Origin: Eubacteriales bacterium
GTDB lineage: Bacteria; Bacillota; Clostridia; Oscillospirales; CAG-382
Reading direction: 5' to 3'
Assembly: GCA_045652625.1 (NCBI GenBank)
Contig: JAZRUR010000007.1
Location: 10,037 to 74,036, forward strand
DNA length: 64,000 nt
Under the pieces are notes generated by a model, which ran no database searches, was not told the origin of the DNA, and was given only the letters and a program-made list of their open reading frames with translations. A program made the position numbers and the translations under genes. Positions 57,853 to 64,000 of the stretch are shown one piece after another (position 1 is the stretch's first letter; each line of letters starts with the position of its first letter).

Positions 57853-57875
57853 TTAATAGTAATTATTCCTATTAA
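57853..57875. promoter_or_regulatory. Fur-family (PerR-type) operator candidate
   Basis: TTAATAGTAAT-T-ATTCCTATTAA is an 11-1-11 palindrome with one mismatch. It contains a 7-1-7 core TAGTAAT-T-ATTCCTA with the AAT-n-ATT centre of Fur/PerR boxes. It lies directly downstream of the -10 and abuts the RBS. Confidence 0.55.
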
Positions 57876-57885
57876 GGAGTTGGCT

Positions 57886-58284
57886 ATGATTAAGGAAAGG
57901 AACACCAAGCAAAAAGCGTTGATACTTTCTGCCGTACGCGGAACGAAAACGCACCCTACAGCCGAGCAGGTCCATGCGATGCTTGTTGAAACGGTTGGCG
58001 GGTTGAGTCTTGGAACGGTCTACCGCAACCTTAATCACATGGCTGAGTTGGGACAGATACGGCGTATATCGGTTACTAACTCACCCGACAGGTTCGACGG
58101 CGATGTTTCGCCGCACCACCATATTTGCTGTAACAACTGCGGCAGGTTTTGCGATTTCTTCGACATGGAATACGACAATGCGCTTGATGCAGTTATCGAA
58201 GAAAAAAGCGGGTTTTCGCTAATACGCCACGAAACGGTTTTTTACGGGGTATGCCCCGAATGCATAAAAAATAAATTAAATTAA
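57886..58284 (+). CDS. perR: Fur-family transcriptional regulator (PerR-like)
   Basis: 132 aa from ATG 57886, preceded by AAGGAG. The ORF-track start (57493) is rejected. RNTKQKALILSAV, HHHICCNNCG...CPEC metal sites. Lies upstream of rubrerythrin. Confidence 0.88.
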   Translation: MIKERNTKQKALILSAVRGTKTHPTAEQVHAMLVETVGGLSLGTVYRNLNHMAELGQIRRISVTNSPDRFDGDVSPHHHICCNNCGRFCDFFDMEYDNALDAVIEEKSGFSLIRHETVFYGVCPECIKNKLN

Positions 58285-58305
58285 CAATACAAAGGAGAAC
58301 ACACT

Positions 58306-58845
58306 ATGGAACTCAAAGGAAGCAAAACAGAACAGAATCTTATGACAGCATTTGCGGGTGAATCCCAAGCACGTAACAAGTACACCTACTATGCAAGTGA
58401 AGCAAGAAAAGCAGGTTACACCGTTATCGCCGACATTTTCGAAGAAACCGCAGGTAACGAAAAGGAACACGCAAAACTTTGGTTCAAACTTCTTCATGAC
58501 GGCAAAGTTCCCGACACCGCTACCAACCTTTTAGACGCGGCTGAAGGCGAAAATTACGAATGGACCGATATGTACGCTTCTTTTGCAAAGACCGCTAAAG
58601 AAGAAGGCTTTGACAGAATTGCATACCTCTTCGAAGCAGTAGGCGCTATCGAAAAGGAACACGAAGAAAGATACCGTGCTATTCTTGAAAAACTCAACAC
58701 AGATACTATCTTCGTATCCGAAGACGTTCAGGTTTGGATCTGTACCAACTGCGGTCATATCCACGTAGGCAAAAAAGCACCCGAAATGTGCCCCGTTTGC
58801 CAACATCCGAAGTCTTACTTCCAAAAGAAAGTAAATAAGTTTTAA
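58306..58845 (+). CDS. rbr: rubrerythrin
   Basis: 179 aa. [28 protein letters not shown] di-iron four-helix bundle plus a C-terminal rubredoxin-like CTNCG...CPVC. Confidence 0.94.
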   Translation: MELKGSKTEQNLMTAFAGESQARNKYTYYASEARKAGYTVIADIFEETAGNEKEHAKLWFKLLHDGKVPDTATNLLDAAEGENYEWTDMYASFAKTAKEEGFDRIAYLFEAVGAIEKEHEERYRAILEKLNTDTIFVSEDVQVWICTNCGHIHVGKKAPEMCPVCQHPKSYFQKKVNKF

Positions 58846-58852
58846 TTGATTG

Positions 58853-58898
58853 ATAACCAAAAACAAAAGGCCCTCGTGGGCTTTTTGTTTTTGGTTAT
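58853..58898 (+). terminator. strong intrinsic terminator after rbr
   Basis: 21-bp stem ATAACCAAAAACAAAAGGCCC/GGGCTTTTTGTTTTTGGTTAT (one G-U pair) with a 4-nt loop. Confidence 0.85.
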
Positions 58899-58907
58899 TT
58901 AACGCTA

Positions 58908-58936
58908 TTGTAAAATACCGCACAATATGTTATAAT
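58908..58936 (+). promoter_or_regulatory. sigma-A-type promoter of the PAP2-like gene
   Basis: TTGTAA (58908-13), 17 nt, TATAAT (58931-36), with an extended TGn. Confidence 0.5.
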
Positions 58937-58964
58937 ATGTCGATAAATAACACGAGGCGAGTAA

Positions 58965-59633
58965 ATGAAGAAGATAGTTGATTTTATAAAAAAACGCAAA
59001 TACTGTCTTATTTTGCTGTATTGGCCGATACACATGATATGGTATGAACTTTTAAGGATATTAAATCCCGACGCGAGTAAGGTTTTAATAATCGAAAGTT
59101 CGCTCGATTCCAAAATCCCTTTTTGTGAATGGTTTGTTATACCGTATTATTCTTGGTATCTATGTATTGCAGCGGTTTTATTGTATCCCCTTTTCAGAAG
59201 CAAGCGGGAGTTTATCCGTGCGAGTTTATTGCTTATCGGGTGCATGGTTTTACCTATGATATTCTGTACCGTATGCCCGAACGGGATAGATATATCATTG
59301 CGCCCCGATTTTGAGTCGCTGGGCAGAGATAACATCGCGATCAGGTTAGTGCAACTCATCTACAAAGCCGATTCTCCGCCGAGAAACGTAATGCCGTCGA
59401 TGCACGTTTCGGTTTCGTGGGCAATGTTTTTTGCGATATTGCAAAGCAAACTCATGCTCAAAAAGCCAATATTCAAAGCATTGTCGGGAATTTGGTGTGT
59501 CGCTATTTCGCTATCGACCGTTTTTATAAAACAGCACAGCATTCTTGATGTTTTCGCAGGTGTCGGGACTGCTGTATTAGTGTTTATTTTGGTTCTTATT
59601 GCAGAAAGAATATACAACAAAAAGAAAGCGTAA
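58965..59633 (+). CDS. PAP2-superfamily membrane phosphatase/transferase-like protein
   Basis: 222 aa, 5-6 TMs, with PSMHVS and HSILDV motifs resembling PAP2 C2/C3 motifs. Confidence 0.7.
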   Translation: MKKIVDFIKKRKYCLILLYWPIHMIWYELLRILNPDASKVLIIESSLDSKIPFCEWFVIPYYSWYLCIAAVLLYPLFRSKREFIRASLLLIGCMVLPMIFCTVCPNGIDISLRPDFESLGRDNIAIRLVQLIYKADSPPRNVMPSMHVSVSWAMFFAILQSKLMLKKPIFKALSGIWCVAISLSTVFIKQHSILDVFAGVGTAVLVFILVLIAERIYNKKKA

Positions 59634-59657
59634 AATCAAATTACGCTTTCTTTTTTA
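59621..59657 (+). terminator. intrinsic terminator after the PAP2-like gene
   Basis: AAGAAAGCGTA/TACGCTTTCTT 11-bp stem spanning the stop codon, followed by TTTTAT. Confidence 0.7.
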
Positions 59658-59732
59658 TGTCAAAACCAAGTGATTCTTCCCGAATTTTGCATTTTTAATG
59701 AAAAGTTTACACACCAACCGTTTCTCCATTTA

Positions 59733-59760
59733 TTGACAATCATTTTTTATGGTGTATAAT
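59733..59760 (+). promoter_or_regulatory. candidate sigma-A promoter of the ABC exporter gene
   Basis: TTGACA (59733-38), 16 nt, TATAAT (59755-60). Confidence 0.45.
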
Positions 59761-59792
59761 TAAAATCGAAGAATTGAAACAAAGAGGTTCAG

Positions 59793-61535
59793 ATGATACG
59801 AGAATTTATAAAATACTATAGACCGCACAAAAAACTTTTTGCGTTTGATATGTTCTGTTCGTTTCTCATCGCGCTTACCGACCTTTTCTACCCCTTGATA
59901 ACGAAGAACATCATCAACGACTACGTGCCAAACCGCCAACTGCGTCTTGTCATTACGTGGGCGGCGATAATTTTGGTGCTTTATCTTTTGAAAATGGCAT
60001 TGAACTATTTTGTTTCCTATTGGGGACACGTAGTCGGCGTAAGAATGCAGGGCGATATGCGGAAGGACATGTTCAAGCATCTCCAAAAACTCCCGTTTTC
60101 GTTTTTTGATGAAAACAAAACAGGTACTGTAATGTCGCGTCTTATAAACGACCTTATGGACGTTTCGGAATTGGCGCACCACGGACCGGAAGATTTGTTT
60201 CTTTCGATAATAATGTTCATCGGTTCGTTCATCGCACTTTCGACAATTAATATTTGGCTGACTTTAATTATTTATGCTCTCGTTCCGTTCGTTATCTTCT
60301 TCTCGGTAAAAATGCGCAAAAGAATGAAAGACGCGTTTACAAAAACGCGAGAAGAAGTTGCAGAGGTAAATGCCAACGTCGAAACCTCTATCTCGGGCAT
60401 ACGCGTTTCGCGCGCATACACGAGCGAAACACACGAAATCGACAAGTTTGACAAAGCAAACGAGCGTTTTAAAACAGCACGCGGATATGCCTACAAGGCA
60501 ATGGGACAATTCCATTCCGCAATGACATTCTTTACCGACTTTTTATATCTTGCCGCGTTGGTTGCAGGCGGTATATTCTTCTATAACAGTTATGATGTAC
60601 CCAACGGCGCGTTTTCGATAGACAGCGGTGAATTTGCAGCGTTCATTCTTTACATGGCAATGCTTTTAAAGCCTATCAACCGCTTTATTTCGCTTTTCGA
60701 GCAGTTGCAAAACGGCATGACGGGTTTTTCGCGTTTCCGCGAGATAATGGAAAAACCTGTCGAGGAAGAAGCAGAAAATGCTATCGAACTCCTGAACGCA
60801 AAAGGCGACATCGAATTTCAAAACGTTTCGTTCTCCTACCCTACGGGCGACACCGGAAAAGGAGTTTTGAAATCGCTTTCGCTTAAAATAGACAGCGGAA
60901 AAACGGTTGCGCTTGTCGGTCCATCGGGCGGCGGTAAAACCACACTTTGCAACCTAATCCCCCGTTTTTACGAACTTGACGAAGGTCGCATAACCATTGA
61001 CGGATTGGACATTACAACGCTTACTCGCTATTCGCTCCGCAGAAACATCGGCATAGTTGCGCAAGACGTCTTCCTTTTCTCGGGCACGATACGCGATAAC
61101 ATCGCTTACGGCGACCTTGACGCGAGTGACGAGGAGATTATCGAAGCCGCCAAGAAAGCAAACATCCACGACTACATAATGACGCTCGACAAGGGTTACG
61201 ACACAAAAGTCGGTGAGCGCGGCATAAATCTCTCGGGCGGACAGAAACAGCGTATTTCCATTGCGCGTGTATTCCTTAAAAATCCTCCGATACTTATACT
61301 TGACGAGGCGACAAGTGCGCTCGACAACGTAACCGAAATGCAGATTCAGGCATCGCTTGAAGAACTTGCAAAAGGAAGAACCGTTATTGTTGTTGCACAC
61401 CGTCTTTCTACCATTCAAAACTCAGACGAGATACTTGTTATTAATTCCGACGGCATAGCCGAACGCGGTACGCACGAACAACTTTTATCCGCAAACGGAA
61501 TTTACGCAGGACTTTACAACAGAAGAAACTTTTAA
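59793..61535 (+). CDS. ABC exporter, fused permease/ATPase (MsbA/LmrA-type half transporter)
   Basis: 580 aa. Six N-terminal TMs, Walker A GPSGGGKTT, signature LSGGQKQR and Walker B ILILDEATSALD. Confidence 0.92.
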   Translation: MIREFIKYYRPHKKLFAFDMFCSFLIALTDLFYPLITKNIINDYVPNRQLRLVITWAAIILVLYLLKMALNYFVSYWGHVVGVRMQGDMRKDMFKHLQKLPFSFFDENKTGTVMSRLINDLMDVSELAHHGPEDLFLSIIMFIGSFIALSTINIWLTLIIYALVPFVIFFSVKMRKRMKDAFTKTREEVAEVNANVETSISGIRVSRAYTSETHEIDKFDKANERFKTARGYAYKAMGQFHSAMTFFTDFLYLAALVAGGIFFYNSYDVPNGAFSIDSGEFAAFILYMAMLLKPINRFISLFEQLQNGMTGFSRFREIMEKPVEEEAENAIELLNAKGDIEFQNVSFSYPTGDTGKGVLKSLSLKIDSGKTVALVGPSGGGKTTLCNLIPRFYELDEGRITIDGLDITTLTRYSLRRNIGIVAQDVFLFSGTIRDNIAYGDLDASDEEIIEAAKKANIHDYIMTLDKGYDTKVGERGINLSGGQKQRISIARVFLKNPPILILDEATSALDNVTEMQIQASLEELAKGRTVIVVAHRLSTIQNSDEILVINSDGIAERGTHEQLLSANGIYAGLYNRRNF

Positions 61536-61539
61536 ATAT

Positions 61540-61565
61540 AAAGGCACCGATTAATCGGTGCCTTT
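61540..61565. terminator. bidirectional intrinsic terminator
   Basis: AAAGGCACCGA-TTAA-TCGGTGCCTTT is a perfect 11-bp palindrome between convergent genes. Confidence 0.8.
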
Positions 61566-61570
61566 TACCA

Positions 61571-62356
61571 TTATTTTATCTCTATTTCAATATCACCCGT
61601 ATCGGTGGTTATTTCGCATCTGCCGCCGTTTATGCTGTTTGGCACGTCAACTTCGCCCGTGTCGGTTCGGGTAATAAACACCTTATCGCTAAGCAAACTG
61701 CCTTCAACGTCGCCCGTATCGGTTATAATGTAAATCTCGGTTGCATCGCAGTTTTCAAACTCTATATCGCCGGTACTTCTTTCAAGGGCAAACTTTTCAT
61801 CGGTGATAACATTATTCAAAGAAATATCGCCCGTGCTTCCGTTTGATATAAGGTTTTTGCACTTGGTGTCGGTTATAACGACCTCGCCTGTCGAAACAGA
61901 AAGGTCAAGCGTGTCCGCGCATACGTTTTGAATACGAATATCACCCGTACTTGCTTTTACCGAAAGCGCACCGTATTCGCCCTGCGGAAGATATACGGTT
62001 ATTTTGGAACTGCCGAAGTTTATACCAATATACTCATACCATTTTCGCTCGTTAACTCTATCAACGACAAGTGTTCCGTCTTCGACTTTAAAAGTATGCT
62101 TTAACTTTGTTTCTTCAACACAAATCACCTTGCATTTACCATCTTCTGACGGAACAAAGAAAATATCCTCGGTGTCTGCGTTTATTGATATATTTATAAA
62201 TTCTTCGGTTATTTCATATGTGTTTGTTTCGTATTTTACTGTGCTTAACTTGGTGAAATCCCAATTATAAACCGTCATTACAGAAGCGAATATTATCAGT
62301 CCGACAACAACAAGAGAGGCTGCTGTAATAAGCCATAGTTTCGTTTTTTTACTCAT
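61571..62356 (-). CDS. DUF4097-family beta-strand repeat protein, N-terminally anchored
   Basis: 261 aa. N-terminal TM, then repeated [ST]TGD[IV] units (STGDIRIQN, STGEVVITD, STGDISLNN, STGDIEFEN, DTGDVEGS, DTGEVDVP, DTGDIEIEI). Confidence 0.75.
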   Translation of the reverse strand: MSKKTKLWLITAASLVVVGLIIFASVMTVYNWDFTKLSTVKYETNTYEITEEFINISINADTEDIFFVPSEDGKCKVICVEETKLKHTFKVEDGTLVVDRVNERKWYEYIGINFGSSKITVYLPQGEYGALSVKASTGDIRIQNVCADTLDLSVSTGEVVITDTKCKNLISNGSTGDISLNNVITDEKFALERSTGDIEFENCDATEIYIITDTGDVEGSLLSDKVFITRTDTGEVDVPNSINGGRCEITTDTGDIEIEIK

Positions 62357-62739
62357 TACGCTTCCTCCTTTTTAATAAAACGGTTCTTTATCCATACCGC
62401 AAATTTCTTTGTCGGTATCAAAATACCTTTTGTAGCCGCTTTGCATCCGTAGAATGCGAAAATCGAAAATCCCGCACATACAATTCCTGCGCCTATAATC
62501 GCAACACCCGTCAATCCATTTACAGTAAAAGCAAATACAATGCCTGACACAACAACCCCAAAAGCGCAACCGATAAGCGAACCGAAAACCGCCCACAAGG
62601 AAATTAATACCGACCATAACGAAATATAAAGCGAGAGAATCACCGCAACTGCGGCAATACCCAAAGAAAGCCATATCGGAGAACCAAGTGCCAAAAGTAC
62701 AATTTCCCACGGTTTCATCGAATTATTTGACTTTTGCAC
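62356..62739 (-). CDS. hypothetical small membrane protein
   Basis: 127 aa. GTG start after AGGAGAGGA, about 4 TMs. The stop overlaps the DUF4097 start (TAATG). Confidence 0.6.
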   Translation of the reverse strand: MQKSNNSMKPWEIVLLALGSPIWLSLGIAAVAVILSLYISLWSVLISLWAVFGSLIGCAFGVVVSGIVFAFTVNGLTGVAIIGAGIVCAGFSIFAFYGCKAATKGILIPTKKFAVWIKNRFIKKEEA

Positions 62740-62799
62740 CGGAATCCTCTCCTAACATAAAAGTATATTTTGATTTTAACATAGTCTCTCGTTTATTTC

Positions 62800-62836
62800 A
62801 ACAACAAAACACCTGTGTTGCAGGTGTTTTGTTGTT
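62800..62836 (-). terminator. hairpin terminator after the PSP1 gene
   Basis: 16-bp perfect stem AACAACAAAACACCTG/CAGGTGTTTTGTTGTT with a 5-nt loop. Confidence 0.7.
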
Positions 62837-62843
62837 ATTTGTT

Positions 62844-63752
62844 TTACTTATCTTCCAAGTGTTTCAAATCTTCGCTGACGTCTTCTTTGACTTTAATCAT
62901 ACCCAGCGGTTTAAGTTCGGTCTTACCGAAAACTTTAATTGATTGGTCGTTATTCATTTTAACCTTAATCTTGCCGGTAAGGAAACTGCTTTCAACAATT
63001 ACACCTCTGCCCTTGGGGGTATCAACTATCGTGTCAACCTTGGGGAAGGTGGCATATTCCCTCTCGTAGGTATCCTGTTCAAAACGCAAACAGCACATGA
63101 GTCTTCCGCAAGAACCGCTTATCTTCGAAGATGAAAGCGAAAGGTTTTGTTCTTTTGCCATTTTTATAGAAACCTGCGCAAAATCGGGCAAGAAAGTGTT
63201 ACAACAGAACGGTCTGCCGCAACTTCCCAATCCGCCGAAAAGTTTTGCTTCGTCGCGTACGCCTATCTGGCGAAGTTCGATTCTGGTACGGAACACACCT
63301 GCAAGGTCTTTTACAAGTTCGCGGAAGTCCACTCTGCCATCGGCGGTGAAATGGAAACAAAGTTTGGCGTTATCGTGAGTATATTCAACGTCTACCAACT
63401 GCATGTCCAATCCGTTTTTGGCAACCTTTTCGTACCAAATGGGTTTTGCACTTTCTTCGAGTTTGCGGTTTTCGACGTTTCTTTGATCGTCCTCGGCAGT
63501 TGCCTTGCGAAGCACGGGTTTAAGCGGAAAAACGACTTCCGATTCGCCGACCATTTTGTTGCCCAACGCAACCTCGCCGTATTCGATACCGCGTACCGTT
63601 TCGACAATGGCGTGTTCGCCTTTCTCGAATTTTATATCGGCAGGAGAGAAATAATATATCTTGCTTCCGTTACGGAAACGGATACCGATAACTTCGATAT
63701 TCTTCTCTTCCTCGTCCTTTTCAACAGGTTGTTGAGGCTCGTAATCAAACAT
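62844..63752 (-). CDS. ricT: PSP1-domain protein (RicT/YaaT family)
   Basis: VIGIRFRNGSKIYYFSP...HAIVETVRGIEYGEV..., with the Cys cluster CGRPFCC...GSCGRLMCC. The same frame stays open upstream to 63998 and there is no SD before ATG 63752, so the true start may lie outside the window. Confidence 0.85.
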   Translation of the reverse strand: MFDYEPQQPVEKDEEEKNIEVIGIRFRNGSKIYYFSPADIKFEKGEHAIVETVRGIEYGEVALGNKMVGESEVVFPLKPVLRKATAEDDQRNVENRKLEESAKPIWYEKVAKNGLDMQLVDVEYTHDNAKLCFHFTADGRVDFRELVKDLAGVFRTRIELRQIGVRDEAKLFGGLGSCGRPFCCNTFLPDFAQVSIKMAKEQNLSLSSSKISGSCGRLMCCLRFEQDTYEREYATFPKVDTIVDTPKGRGVIVESSFLTGKIKVKMNNDQSIKVFGKTELKPLGMIKVKEDVSEDLKHLEDK

Positions 63753-64000
63753 ATATTTGCGTTCGGGTTCGGGCTCGGGAGTAAAGCCTACGCCGAATTG
63801 CGATTTTGCAGAATCGTTTTGATTATTGTTTTTATTGTTTTGGCTACGGTCTATATTCTCCGAACCTACATTTTCGGCAACCTTTGAATTTTCCGAATTT
63901 TCGGTCGGCTTTGCGTTTTCGTTCTTATGCTTCGGCTTACCGTACGGCTTACCGTGCTTTCCGCGGCGGTTATTGCCATGACGGTGGTTTCCGCCATGAT

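Noticed and set aside
57493-57885. The ORF-track version of the Fur-family gene starting at 57493 (263 aa). Similar long N-terminal extensions occur for mazF (37664), the GDSL gene (41501), the surface protein (40393), ylxM (3809), dprA (33238) and the lipoprotein (42393).
   Set aside because: The extensions run through divergent promoters, terminators or neighbouring genes and lack an SD. Internal starts have good SD spacing and yield canonical N-termini or signal peptides.
1-64000. A search by eye for CRISPR arrays, rRNA/tRNA genes, IS elements, integrases, phage genes and known defence systems.
   Set aside because: There are no spaced direct repeats. The only tandem repeats are the three short ones listed. 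No transposase, integrase or recombinase-like ORFs are present. Every intergenic region longer than 100 nt is accounted for by promoters and terminators. A tRNA or small RNA could still be missed without a covariance-model scan (tRNAscan-SE or Infernal/Rfam would settle this).

Overview
This 64-kb chromosomal window comes from a Gram-positive, spore-forming anaerobe. The yabP/yabQ genes, dockerin/cohesin-like modules and rubrerythrin-PerR suggest a Clostridia, Oscillospiraceae/Ruminococcaceae-like organism, but that is inference only. Positions 1-36.1 kb are an almost unbroken minus-strand run of core genes: trmD-rimM-KH-rpsP-ffh-ylxM; a clpC-like gene; hpf; the yabR-divIC-yabQ-yabP-yabO-hup-mazG-yabM block; udk-like-hemZ-dtd-relA-recJ; cdaR-cdaA; rdgB-ftsY-smc-rSAM-rnc-plsX-topA-dprA; trmH-family; prmC; and DUF1385. 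Positions 36.2-47.4 kb are the only accessory-looking stretch. It holds an RNHCP zinc-ribbon gene coupled to a polytopic membrane protein and an insulated solo MazF/EndoA toxin gene. It also holds a GDSL-lipoprotein plus discoidin-domain surface-protein pair, and a Cys-rich repeat protein, a lipoprotein and alr on one strand. The last unit is a four-gene operon mixing two dockerin-bearing secreted proteins with a small membrane protein and a degenerate Gfo/Idh/MocA-like protein. Positions 47.6-64 kb return to core and stress functions: murB, a short whiA, dnaE, PBP1A, VOC, ygiQ, perR-rbr, PAP2, an ABC exporter, DUF4097 and PSP1/ricT. I found no rRNA, tRNA, CRISPR array, transposase/integrase or phage gene, and no recognisable defence or biosynthetic system. 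The items most worth a second look are the antitoxin-less mazF, the Cys-rich protein upstream of alr, the dockerin operon, the truncated WhiA and the M-domain-less ClpC. All family calls rest on motifs read by eye from the translations, because no searches could be run. Several ORF-track starts were moved to internal starts that have a Shine-Dalgarno sequence.
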